Positions 1 to 11,059 of a DNA stretch of 35,814 nucleotides are shown here, one piece after another. Position 1 is the stretch's first letter, and each line of letters begins with the position of its first letter. The notes below the pieces were generated by a model that saw only the letters and a list, made by a program, of their open reading frames with translations, was not told the origin of the DNA and searched no databases. The stretch is from NCBI RefSeq assembly GCF_006345805.1, contig NW_021829918.1, positions 1 through 35,814 on the forward strand. Reading direction: 5' to 3'. This stretch comes from Octopus sinensis (lineage: Eukaryota). A program made the translations under genes and the position numbers.

Positions 1-450
1 TGTAGTGGTAGTAGTAGTAGTAGTAGTGTTGGTGGTGGTAGTTGTAGTGGTAGTAGTTGTGGTTATAGTAGTGGTTGTAGTTGTGACGGTAGTGGTTGGT
101 GATGATAGTGGTTGTAGTAGTGTGATAGTGGTGGTGATGGTGGTGTGGTTGTAGTAGTAGTGATGGTGGCATTGGTGGTAGTTGTGGTGGTGCTGGTGAT
201 GATAGTGGTTGGTGATAATGGTGGTGGTCATAATGGTGGTTGTGGTAGTGGTGGTGGTGGTGGTAGTGGTTGTAGTAGTTGTAGTGGTAGTAATGGTGCT
301 GGTGGTGGTAGTAGTGGTAGTTGTGACGGTGGTGGTGGTTGTTGTAGTGGTGGTGATGGTGGTAGTAGTAGTGATGGTGGTCATAGTGGTGGTGGTGGTG
401 GTGGTTGTGGTAGTGGTTGTTATAGTAGTGGTAGTTATGGTGGTGGTGTG
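1..450. repeat. (GGT/AGT)n degenerate microsatellite
   Basis: Directly visible. Confidence 0.95.
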
Positions 451-454
451 GCCA

Positions 455-975
455 CTCCATTTCTTATTCAGGCACAATGTACGTAGGACTACATAATCTA
501 ATGTGTCCTTCACTGGGTCAAGGCTGACATGGGACTAAACAGATTTATGACCTGCTGGATTGAGCTGGGGTTCCAGCCATGACCATCGCAACAGATATCC
601 AGTCACAATATATCTAGGAGTACATTACGTAATGTCTCCTTCCATCTTTACTCCTTATTTAACCCTAGGTCAGTCCTGACCCATCACACCTATGATCAAA
701 GACTAGACACTCTTGACATGACCATCTAGTGTTATTCATGTCACAGTGTATCCAGGACTACATTATAGAATGTTTCCTTCCTTCTTTGTTATTTAGCCTG
801 AGGTCAAGTGAGTCCAATCCAGCAATGACCCTTCATCAAAGACAACCCAGTCATGACCTTCCTGTTTTTTAAGATTATCTAAGACTGAATAATCTAACAT
901 GATGTATCGTTATTCAAGACAGTTGGACATAATTTGAAGCAGATTTGGCTGCTGTTTCTAGCACTGGAGTATAGA
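455..975 (+). repeat. Degenerate ~130-bp repeat family array
   Basis: Motifs TATCTAGGAGTACATTA / CCTATGATCAAAG / ATGACCATC are shared with 19880-20725. Confidence 0.7.
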
Positions 976-982
976 GGCATAC

Positions 983-1386
983 TCTTTTTTTTACTCTTTT
1001 ACTTGTTTCAGTCATTTGACTGCGGCCATGCTGGAGCACCGCCTTTTAGTTGAGCAAATCGACCCCAGGACTTATTCTTTGTAAGCCTAGTACTTATTCT
1101 ATCGGTCTCTTTTGCCAAACCGCTAAGTAACAGAGACGTAAACACAGCAGCATCAGTTGTCAAGCAATGCTAGGTGGACAAACACAGACACATAAACATA
1201 TATATACATATATATATATACGACGGGCTTCTTTCAGTTTCCATCTACCAAATCCACTCACAAGGCTTTGGTCGGCCCGAGGCTATAGTAGAAGACACTT
1301 GCCTAAGGTGCCACGCAGTGGGACTGAGCCCGGAACTGTGTGGTTGGTAAGCAAACTACTTACCACACAGCCACTCCTGCGCCTAT
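983..1386 (-). mobile_element. tRNA-derived SINE, family A (full length)
   Basis: Head GGCGCAGGAGTGGCTGTGTGG (A box) ... GGTTCCGGGCTCAGTCCC (B box), CORE-like CCTTAGGCAAGTGTCTT, internal (TA)n, tail GAAACAAGTAAAAGAG. More than 10 copies in the window. Confidence 0.85.
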
Positions 1387-1468
1387 GTGCGGCATATGTG
1401 AGTTTGCCTCTCATATATGACCAGAACCTGTTGCTGTCTTTAAACATGACCATTTCTTATTCTTCCAG

Positions 1469-1553
1469 GTGTTTCTCTGCCATCCGTGATGTTTCCAAGG
1501 TGCAATTTTTGGAGGATACCATTAAGATTGCCGAAGAAGCTGCAGAAATTCCG
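1469..1553 (+). CDS. IFT172: IFT172 internal exon (window exon 1): (R)CFSAIRDVSKVQFLEDTIKIAEEAAEIP
   Basis: ttccAG acceptor and GTacga donor; 85 nt, phase 2 to 0. Peptide resembles remembered vertebrate IFT172 RCFSALGQVAKARFLHET. Confidence 0.9.
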
Positions 1554-1617
1554 GTACGATGGCTTTTATATACACACACACACAAAAAAACCCAACAAAA
1601 AATGCATTACACTCATA

Positions 1618-1785
1618 GGCGCAGCAGTGTCTGTGTGGTAAGTAGCTTGCTAACCAACCACATGGTTCCGGGTTCAGTCCCACTGCGTGGCATCTTGGGC
1701 AAGTGTCTTCTACTATAGCCTTGAACGCACCAAAATCTTGTGAGTGGATTGGTAGATGGAAACTGAAAGAAGCCTGTTGTATATA

Positions 1786-1832
<47 letters not shown>

Positions 1833-1907
1833 GGAGTGGCTGTGTGGTAAGTAGCTTGCTTACCAACCACATGGTTCCGGGTTCAGTCCCACTGCACTGG
1901 CACCTTG
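1618..1907 (+). mobile_element. SINE family A: two partial copies separated by (TA)n
   Basis: The same head/body sequence occurs at 1618-1780 and 1830-1907. Confidence 0.8.
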
Positions 1908-2066
1908 TGACATTGACCACAATTTGATGGTGTTTTTTACATGCCACTGGTACAGAAACCAGTCAAGGCGGCGCTGGTATCAGGCCACGTTCGGGTGGTG
2001 CTTTTTACATGCCACCGACACCGGGATCACAAGTACAATTTTCATTTGAATGTGATTTGATTTGAT

Positions 2067-2486
2067 TTGTCTTATGAAGAAAGGCTGAAGACGCTTGACC
2101 TTCATTCTCTAGAAAAATGACGACGCTGTGGTGATCTCACATTCTTGCTCACAACATCACAAGCGGAAAGTGTAACCTCACGAAAGAGCTGTTCTTCACT
2201 CCTGCTCCAGAGCGTCGGCTGCAGGGTCATTCTGAAAAGCTCTATCTGCGACGATTTCATCTCAATTGAAGGAGAGGGGCTTTCTCCGTCCGGGTTGCAG
2301 ATCCGTGGAATAAGCTGCTGGACGAGATAGTGAAGATGCCAACGACCGCTCGGTTCAAAGTCTCCCTTGACCAGATATGGCTTGAACTCTTTGCATGAAC
2401 ACCCTCATTGTACATAACTCCATGTCCCCCTACATGGCCTTGCTTTTTGCTGTTTGAGCCAAAAATTTTAACTAACTAACTAACTA
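2067..2486 (+). mobile_element. CR1-clade LINE 3' end (decayed)
   Basis: Homologous to 24314-24788 (SYEERLKTLDL...). Contains stops and frameshifts and ends in a (TAAC)n tail. Confidence 0.8.
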
Positions 2487-2679
2487 CTTGAGTCGATAGG
2501 TCTCCTCAAGCATGGCATATCACCCTTCGATCCAAGGTACTTTTGAGTGGGCTGGTTATGCGACACTGGCGTGGGTTACAGCTGTGAAATCATCAGTTAC
2601 CCTTGCATACAGGCTCTTCCCTTGCAACCCTGACCAGCTGAGCATTGCTAATCTTGTGGGCTTGTAAGTGCAGGTACCA

Positions 2680-2872
2680 CATGAAAAGCACCCATATTGG
2701 TACTGTGTAAAAGCATTCAGTACGCTGTGTAAAGGGGTTGGCATTAGGAAGGGCATCCAGCCATAGACTCCTTGCCAATATAGACAGGGAGCCTGAACGG
2801 CCTTTCAGTTGGTCAAAGCGTCCAAACCATACCAGCATGGACAACAAACATTATTCGATGATGATGATGATG
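2680..2872 (+). mobile_element. Family C non-autonomous retroelement 3' end, (GAT)n tail
   Basis: GGCATTAGGAAGGGCATCCAGCC...CCAGCATGGA...GATGATGAT, the same motif as 15345-15580, 28915-29087, 29590-29871 and 32225-32494. Confidence 0.65.
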
Positions 2873-2874
2873 CG

Positions 2875-3120
2875 GAGGAGTGGCTGTGTGGTAAGTAGCT
2901 TGCTTACCGACCACATAGTTCCGGGTTCAGTCCCACTGCCCTGGCACCTTGGGCAAGTGTCTTCTACTATAGCCTTGGGGCCGACCAAATCCTTCTGAGT
3001 GGATTTGGTAGACAGAAACCGAAAGAAGCTTGTCGTATATATATGTGTGTGTGTGCGTGTGCATGTTTGCCCCCCCCCCCACCATCGCTTGGCAAACGAT
3101 GCTGGTATCTTTACATCCCC
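2875..3120 (+). mobile_element. SINE family A, 3'-truncated
   Basis: GGAGTGGCTGTGTGGTAAGTAGCTTGC head and body. Confidence 0.8.
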
Positions 3121-3354
3121 TGAGGTAGCCATGCGTAATTAAGCCAGCAGCACCTAGTCGAACAAGCACTCCCACGCATGCGTAATACAATAATGGTGAT
3201 GTTCTTAACTGTTATATGGGAATGTAAATATATTTTCAAGTTGTTTTTGCTACATGTTATTCTGGGTTCTGAATACTTTTATTTTAATAAATGTTGCTTA
3301 CTGCAAGTTATGGATGATTCTTTTATGGCTTCATTGCTTTCAGGCTTAGCTTAA

Positions 3355-4446
3355 CCCTTTCGTTACCAAACTGCCCGAAAAAAATTTTGGTTAATGTGAC
3401 CAAACCGCCCAAACCCGCCCGAATTTACCTATTCATATTTAAATGAGAATATCAGAGCAAATCTCTTTAGTACATTCGTGAAAACACGTGATTATGCTTC
3501 GTAAACAATTCATCTACAGTTTTGTACAACGATTGACGTGTAATTTTAATTCCCTGAATTTTGGGAGATTTTTTTCCACATTTTTTTCGGCATCGATTTT
3601 TCTTCAACTTTGAAAATAGATAGGAGTTTCATGTTAACAAGCATTGATTCCGAATTGGAAAATTTGTGAAACAAATACTGGGTACTGTTGTGGATTTAGT
3701 TTTTTTACAGGGAAACTAATGTTAGTCAGCATGGCTTAGGGTATGATGTGGTCTGGAAGTTATTGTTTGAAGCAATCAATGCGGAAACAAATTTACGCAG
3801 ATTGTAAACAAACACAAAATAGGGGTTCAAATTTTGGAAAATTTGTGAAGCAAATACTGGGTACTGCGTGGATTTAGTTTTTATACAGGGAAAATAATGT
3901 TAGTCAGCATGGCCTAGGGAACGATGTGGTCTGGAATTTATCACTTCCATACCATAACCAGGGCCGTATATTATTTTTTGACCGATTTCTTTAGTTCGGT
4001 CAAACTTACGGTGGATTCTAGTATTTCACTTTATTCCACCTTTATGGTACACCTGTTGTGCATTAAATTCAACTGATGATATAGTTATGTGCACAATTCT
4101 TCTTTATCAAAATTTTGTTGCATACCCATTTGAATATTAGCTGATGATTCATTTTCTATGGTGATGTTTAAACAAAATTTTGCTCAATTTAAAATTTTAA
4201 TATTTTTACCTTTTGCTCAATTTACCTGGATTTACCTGTAATTAAAGTCACTTTCAGACAAAAGTTATGCAATAGAATTGATTAAGAACCCTTTCTTTAA
4301 TTATGTTCCAAATATCACATTAATATGTTGATAAATAAAAAAAGTTACAGTTATTTAATGAAACAAGCCTAGATTCATGATTATTTTAGAATTTAATTGA
4401 AACTCATGAGGGGTGTATTTTGGTCAGAAATATAGTAACGAAAGGG
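3355..4446. mobile_element. piggyBac-like non-autonomous DNA transposon (MITE)
   Basis: TTAA|CCCTTTCGTTAC ... GTAACGAAAGGG|TTAA: perfect 12-bp TIR with TTAA TSD. AT-rich interior with a ~105-bp internal direct duplication (3655-3760 / 3835-3938). Confidence 0.8.
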
Positions 4447-4786
4447 TTAAAGTATTTTCGTGCCCGACATCACTAAATGCGTCTGAATAAACATTGCCGG
4501 ACAGCAAATAGAGACTCAGACATTGCTTAGAAAATATATTTCATTTTTAACGTCGTATGTAGGGATTTTGACCTTTAAATTTTGGGGTAAAAATGCGAAT
4601 TATACTCGAGGATTTATGGTAATAATAATTATGATGATGATGACAACGATCATAAAGAGGAAGAGGGAAAAGGAAACTGAGTGAAGCTTATGTCTTTTGA
4701 ATCTTAGGATTCAAGAAGAAAAAATAAAACAAAAAGAAACCCCAGGAAAAGAAAATTACTTATTGGTGTTCTTTTGGTCATTTTAG

Positions 4787-4879
4787 GGTCAGTACAATTT
4801 TGACCATTATCAAGTGCGTGCTCGGTTGGCTATCATTGACAAATCATTGAAGGAAGCGGAGAACATTTACCTGGAACAG
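4787..4879 (+). CDS. IFT172: IFT172 exon 2: [31 protein letters not shown]
   Basis: ttttAG / GTgagt; 93 nt, in frame. Matches IFT172 [26 protein letters not shown]. Confidence 0.95.
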
Positions 4880-5436
4880 GTGAGTACTACACGCTGTGTG
4901 TGTGAGGCACAGGGAGGAGATAGCTCATGCAAACACACATCACCCCGCAATCACATTATGCCACGTTGCACCAGGTTACGTGATGCTATGCTATGCTTTG
5001 TCACATTGTGCACTTACATCCCATGAGTGTCACACTGTGTGCCATAATAAAGAACCCCCTGGATAAAGGATTTATTTTAGGCAACGGCAAATGGCCAAGA
5101 CCTTCACCAACATGCTGTGCTTAAGAAGAAGACCCATCAAACCCTGTGAAATCGTGTCCCTTGTGAAATTGTATCCCACATCTTGTACACACACATACAC
5201 ACCTTCATGTACATACAGACACAGAGCGTGCACATACACATACACACGCCCTTTCTGACGCCAACCACTCTAAGAGTGTAACGGGTGCTTTTACGTGCCA
5301 CCGGGGTGTTTTTATGTGTCACTGGCACAGGTGCCAACCTGTGTGACACCGGTATCAGTCACGACTGCAATTTCGCTTGGCTTGATGGGTCTTCTCAAGC
5401 ACGACATAATGCCAAAGGTCTTGGTCATTGCTCCTA

Positions 5437-6325
5437 CCACCACCACCACCACCACCACCACCACCACAACACCACAAACAACACTACTGCCACTACCATC
5501 ATAATCGCTACCACCACCACCACCACCATCATCACAACTACCACCATCACCATCACCACCACCACAACTACCACCACAGCCAGTACAAATACCACAACCA
5601 CCATCACCACCATCATCACCATCGCCACCACCATCATCACAACTACCACCATCACCACCACCACCACCAACACCCTCACCACCATCACCACCACGACCAA
5701 CACCCTCACCACCGCCACCACCATCACCACCACGACCAACACCCTCACCACCACCATCACAACCCTCACCACCATCACCAACACCCTCACCACCACCATC
5801 ATCACAACCACCACCATCACCACCACGACCAACACCCTCACCTCCACCACCACCATCACAACCCTCACCACCATCACCAACACCCTCACCACCATCACCA
5901 CCATCACAACCCTCACCACCATCACCACCACCACCCCTACCACCACCACCACCACCACAACCCTCACCACCATCACCAACACCCTCACCTCCACCACCAC
6001 CATCACAACCCTCACCACCATCACCAACACCCTCACCTCCACCACCACCATCACAACCCTCACCACCATCACCAACACCCTCACCACCATCACCACCACC
6101 ACCACAACCAGCACCAACATTACCATGACCACCATCATCATCACCATCACCACTGCAACGACCATCGCAACCACCACAGCCACCACCACCACCACCACCA
6201 CCATCCCTACCACCAGCACCACCACCACAACCACCACCACAGCCACCACCACAGCCAGTACCATCGCAACCACCACAACCACCACCACTACCACCATCAC
6301 CATCACCATCACCACCACCACCACC
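5437..6325. repeat. (ACC/ATC)n microsatellite with ~57-bp higher-order units
   Basis: Recurring ACCAACACCCTCACC variants. Confidence 0.95.
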
Positions 6326-6379
6326 TCTCCATGCCACATGTACGTTAAACCTGTCCTCCATGTTCTGTCTCTTTACCAG

Positions 6380-6457
6380 AATCAAGTTGATGAAGCTATC
6401 CAGATGTACCAAAATATGCATATGTGGCAGGAGGCCATAGAAGTAGCAGAGGCAAAG
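6380..6457 (+). CDS. IFT172: IFT172 exon 3: NQVDEAIQMYQNMHMWQEAIEVAEAK
   Basis: taccAG / GTtggc; 78 nt. Matches [26 protein letters not shown]. Confidence 0.95.
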
Positions 6458-6558
6458 GTTGGCTCACCCTTTATACTTTTCTCTCTCTCTCTTTCCCTCT
6501 GTCTTACTATCTTGTGCACTGCATCACATAGCAGAAACGGCTGTAAGCCAATGCAGTT

Positions 6559-7160
6559 CTCTTTACTCTTTTACTTGTTTCAGTCATTTGACTGCGGCCA
6601 TGCTGGAGCACCGCCTTTAGTCGAGCAACTCGACCCTGGGACTTATTCTTTTGTAAGCCCAGTACTTATTCTATCGGTCTCTTTTGCCGAGCTGCTAAGT
6701 GACGGGGACATAAACACACCAGCATCGGTTGTCAAGCAATGCTAGAGGGACAAACACAGACACACAAACATATACACACATACATATATATGTATATATA
6801 TATACATATATACGACGGGCTTCTTTCAGTTTCCGTCTACCAAATCCACTCATAAGGCTTTGGTTGACCTGAGGTTATAGTAGAAGACACTTGCCCAAGG
6901 TGCCACGCAGTGGGACTGAACCCGGAACCATGTGGTTGGTTAGCAAGCTACTTACCACACAGCTACTCCTGTGCCTATATATATATATATATATATGATG
7001 GGCTTCTTTCAGTTTCCGTCTACCAAATCCACTCACAAGGCTTTGGTCGGCCCGAGGCTATAGTAGAAGACACTTGCCCAAGGTGCCACGCAGTGGGACT
7101 GAGCCCGGAACAATGTGGTTGGTAGACAAGTTACTTACCACACAGCCACTCCTGCGCCTA
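6559..7160 (-). mobile_element. SINE family A: full copy (6559-6976) plus a partial tandem copy (6995-7160)
   Basis: Reverse complement of the family A consensus. Confidence 0.85.
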
Positions 7161-7346
7161 TGACAATTTTTTTTTTTTTATTTTGACATTTTAATTTCTT
7201 GGTGTGACTGTGCGGTAAAAAGTTTGCTTCTCAACCACATGGTCGCAGGTTCAATCCCGCTGTGCTGTTGTTTGTTGCAAATCCCTACTTTCACTTTCTC
7301 TCTCTCTCTCTCTCTCTTTTTTACCTCCTCACCCCTACACCTCTAG

Positions 7347-7427
7347 TGTCACCCAAACGTGGACGGACTCAAGCAGCACCACTACAACTGGCTCATCGAC
7401 ACCGGACAGAATGAAGCGGCTGGACAG
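7347..7427 (+). CDS. IFT172: IFT172 exon 4: CHPNVDGLKQHHYNWLIDTGQNEAAGQ
   Basis: ctctAG / GTgagt; 81 nt. Matches [27 protein letters not shown]. Not in the ORF track. Confidence 0.93.
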
Positions 7428-7441
7428 GTGAGTAAAGGTTC

Positions 7442-7746
7442 GGGTGGGGTGGGGTGGGGTGGGGTGGGGTGGGGTGGGGTGGGGTGGGGTGCCGGGGGTG
7501 AAATCTGGACGTTAGGTTGGGGAGTATGGTGATGGGGTGGGGGCGTTTGGTGATGGGGTGGGGGCGTTTGGTGATGGGGTGGGGGCGTTTGGTGATGGGG
7601 TGGGGGCGTTTGGTGATGGGGTGCGGGCGTTGGTGGTGATGGGGTTGGGGGCGTGTTTGGTGATGGGGTGGGGGCGTTTGGTGATGGGGTGGGGGCGTTT
7701 GGTGATGGGGTGGGGACGTTTGGTGATGGGGTGGGGACGTTTGGTG
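7442..7746 (+). repeat. (GGGGT)n plus 21-bp G-rich minisatellite GGTGATGGGGTGGGGGCGTTT
   Basis: About 10 copies of each. Confidence 0.95.
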
Positions 7747-8009
7747 TGTCAGTGCATGCATGGCGGGAGGTGTTTGTGCTTAGACAGGTCATTTGGTCAG
7801 TTGGTTTTTGTTGTTGTTATTGCTCTAAGTCCAGGTCAGTGTGTTCCAACCATGACCGTCATGATTGAATCTTGTGTGTTTAAGGTCCCAGACATCACAT
7901 CATCCAATAAATATTTTGTTTATTGAGTCGATGGTGGGTGGCAAATGATTTGAGGGTAAAATGGTTTGACTGCTGTTTTTAGCAGGTCAGTTCCACCCCC
8001 AACCATGTA

Positions 8010-8022
8010 GAGTGTGGATATA

Positions 8023-8060
<38 letters not shown>

Positions 8061-8594
8061 TGTATGTATGAGTGTGTGTGTGTGTGCGTGTGTGTGTATG
8101 AGTGTATGTATGAGTGTGTGTGTGTGCATATGTATAAGTGTATGTGTGCGTGTGCATGTGTGTGTGAGTGTGTGTATGTATGAGTGTATGTGTGTATGTG
8201 TGCATGTGTGTGTGAGTGTGTGTTTGTATGAGTGTATGTGTGTGTGTGTGAGTGTGTGTATGTATGAGTGTGTGTGTGCGTGTGTGTGCATGTGTGTGTG
8301 AGTGTGTGTATGTATGATTGTATGTGTGTGTGTGAGTGTGTATGTATGAGTGTATGTGTGTGAGTGTGTATGTATGATTGTATGTGTGTGTGTGAGTGTG
8401 TATGTATGAGTGTATGTGTGTGGTCATGTGTGTGTGTTGTGTGTATGTGTGTGTGCGTGTGTGTATGAGTGTGTGTATGTATGAGTGTATGTGTGTGCAT
8501 GTGTGTGCATGCGTGTGTGAGTGTGTGTTTGTATGAGTGTGTGTGTGTGTGAGTGTGGGTTGGGTTGGAGGTGTGGTGGAAAGATGAGGGTTTG

Positions 8595-8629
<35 letters not shown>

Positions 8630-8630
8630 G
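8010..8630. repeat. (TG)n-derived microsatellite
   Basis: Directly visible. Confidence 0.95.
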
Positions 8631-8704
8631 GGGTGTTGTGTTTCTGTATGTTTCGGTCTGATCACATGACAGCTTAAGAAAAAAAATGTAAAACAAAGTG
8701 ATAT

Positions 8705-9455
8705 ATCATCATCATCATCAGCAACAGCAGCATCAGCAGTGGCATTGTCATTATTGCCATCATCATCACCATCACCACCACCTTAATCATTATCATCATC
8801 ACTACAACCACCACCACCACCACCACCACCATCATCACTATTACCATCACAACCACCACCATCATCATCATTACCACACCAACATCACCACCACCACCAC
8901 CACCATCATTACCACACCATGATCATCACCACCACCACCCCACCAGTACCTCCGCCACCATCACCACCATCTTCATCATTACCACATCATCATCACCAAC
9001 ACCATCACCACCACCACCATCATCACCACCACCACCTTAATCATCATCATCACAATCACTACTACCATCACAACCACCACCACCACCACCGCTACCATCA
9101 TCACCATCACCATCATTTCCACCACCATAACTACCACCCATCATCATCACCATCATGATTATCATGACCACCGTCACATTCACTACCACCACCAACATCA
9201 TGATCATCATCATCATCACTGCCACCACCTCCACCACCACCACCACCACTACACCACCACCACCACCACCACCACCTCTATCATCATCATCATCATCATT
9301 CCTGTCACCACCACCACCACCACCATAATTATCACCATCACCATCATCACCACCACTACCACCTCTATCATCATCATCACCACTATCATCATCATCATCT
9401 TCATCATTGCTGCTGTGACCACCACACCACCACCACCTCCACCACCACTACTACA
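8705..9455. repeat. (CAC/CAT)n microsatellite
   Basis: Directly visible. Confidence 0.95.
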
Positions 9456-9482
9456 CCTCCCATCACATTGTTTACACTTCAG

Positions 9483-9578
9483 GTGAAAGAGAAAGAAGGC
9501 GACTACAACGTGGCCATCAACCTCTACCTCAAATCTGGATTGCCCACCAAGGCTGCCCGGGTTGTGACCAACCATGAG
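9483..9578 (+). CDS. IFT172: IFT172 exon 5: VKEKEGDYNVAINLYLKSGLPTKAARVVTNHE
   Basis: cttcAG / GTaagt; 96 nt. Matches AISLYLKAGLPAKAARLV. Confidence 0.96.
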
Positions 9579-9701
9579 GTAAGTTATCACACTTTGCTAA
9601 TAGCAGCAGCAGCAGCAACAGTAGTAGAAGTAGTAGTAGTCGTAAGGTTCATTGAATTGTAGTCTATATATACATACAGTGTGTGTGTGTGTGTGTGTGT
9701 G

Positions 9702-9792
9702 TGGAGGTGCAATGGCCCAGTGGTTAGGGTAGCGGACTCATGGTCATAGGATTGCTGTTTCGATTCCCAGACTGGGCATTGTGAGTGTTTAT
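9702..9792 (+). mobile_element. SINE family D tRNA head, truncated at the U6 fragment
   Basis: GGAGGTGCAATGGCCCAGTGGTTAGGG...GTTTCGATTCCC, matching the reverse complement of 16990-17083. Confidence 0.75.
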
Positions 9793-9826
9793 GGAATGCT
9801 TCACGAATTTGCGTTTCATCCTTGCG
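9790..9826 (-). pseudogene. RNU6: U6 snRNA 3' fragment (approx. nt 66-102)
   Basis: Reverse complement CGCAAGGATGAAACGCAAATTCGTGAAGCATTCCATA vs canonical U6 CGCAAGGATGACACGCAAATTCGTGAAGCGTTCCATA, 35/37 identical. Confidence 0.9.
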
Positions 9827-10037
9827 TAATCCGACCCCATCTACCGCCCCTTAAACCGTTCCCATCCCTAAATGAGACAAATAACTGAAAAATCAAACAA
9901 CTTTTTCGCTTTTCAGCCTTATAGATATTGATATATATTTATAGAGTGGTTGTATACTGTCAACATAATGTGACAGTCCCGTAAGGGAATTACACCACCG
10001 CTGTTTAGCCCTAGGAAGCATCGACGAGGGAGGGCAG

Positions 10038-11016
10038 TGAGCTGGCAGAAACATTAGCACGTTGGGCGAAATGCTTAGCGGTATTTCGTCTGCCGTTACG
10101 TTGTGAGTTCAAATTCCGCTGAGGTCGACTTTGCCTTTCATCCTTGCGGGGTCGATAAATAAAAAGTACCAGTTACGCCTGGGGGGGGTCGATGTTTTGT
10201 AGTCGATTTAATCCGTTTGTCTGTCCTTGTTTTTCCCCTCTATGTTAGCCCCTTGTGGGTAGTAAAGAAATAGGTATTTCGTCTGCGTTATGTTGTGAGT
10301 TCAAATTCCACCGAGGTCGACTTTGCCTTTCATCCTTGCGGGGTCGATAAATAAAAAGTACCAGTTACACACTGGGGTCGATGTAGTCGATTTAATCCGT
10401 TTGTCTGTCCTTGTTTTTCCCCTCTATGTTTAGCCCCTTGTGGGTAGTAAAGAAATAGGTATTTCGTCTGCCGTTATGTTGTGAGTTCAAATTCCACCGA
10501 GGTCGACTTTGCCTTTCATCCTTGCGGGGTCGATAAATAAAAAGTACCAGTTACGCACTGGGGTCGATGTAGTCGATTTAATCCGTTTGTCTGTCCTTGT
10601 TTTTCCCCTCTATGTTTAGCCCCTTGTGGGTAGTAAAGAAATAGGTATTTCGTCTGCCGTTATGTTGTGAGTTCAAATTCCACCACCGAGGTCGACTTTG
10701 CCTTTCATCCTTGCGGGGTCGATAATAAAAGTACCAGTTACGCACTGGGGTCGATGTAGTCGATTTAATCCGTTTGTCTGTCCTTGTTTTTCCCCTCTAT
10801 GTTTAGCCCCTTGTGGGTAGTAAAGAAATAGGTATTTCGTCTGCCGTATGTTGTGAGTTCAAATTCACCGAGGTCGACTTTGCCTTTCATCCTTGCGGGG
10901 TCGATAAATAAAAAGTACCAGTTACGCACTGGGGTCGATGTAGCGATTTATTTAATCCGTTTGTCTGTCCTTGTTTTTCCCCTCTATGTTTAGCCCCTTG
11001 TGGGTAATAAAGAAAT
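10038..11016 (+). mobile_element. SINE family B, head-to-tail pentamer (~186-bp units)
   Basis: One head (GAGCTGGCAGAAAC), then units starting at 10081, 10274, 10459, 10645 and 10832. B box GAGTTCAAATT. Core GCCTTTCATCCTT..GGGGTCGATAAAT resembles the Meta/MESC SINE domain (from memory). Confidence 0.85.
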
Positions 11017-11059
11017 ATATATTTGTGAAGGGGAGGCAAGCACCCCCACCACCTAGGGT

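Noticed and set aside
5285-6745. 486-aa Thr-rich (mucin-like) ORF and overlapping His-, Val- and Gly-rich ORFs
   Set aside because: These are translations of a stop-free (ACC)n microsatellite. Only 6380-6457 is a real exon.
8640-8672. Minus-strand GUC...GACC-GAAAC as a hammerhead remnant
   Set aside because: There is no CUGANGA core and no helix I. Too short to support.
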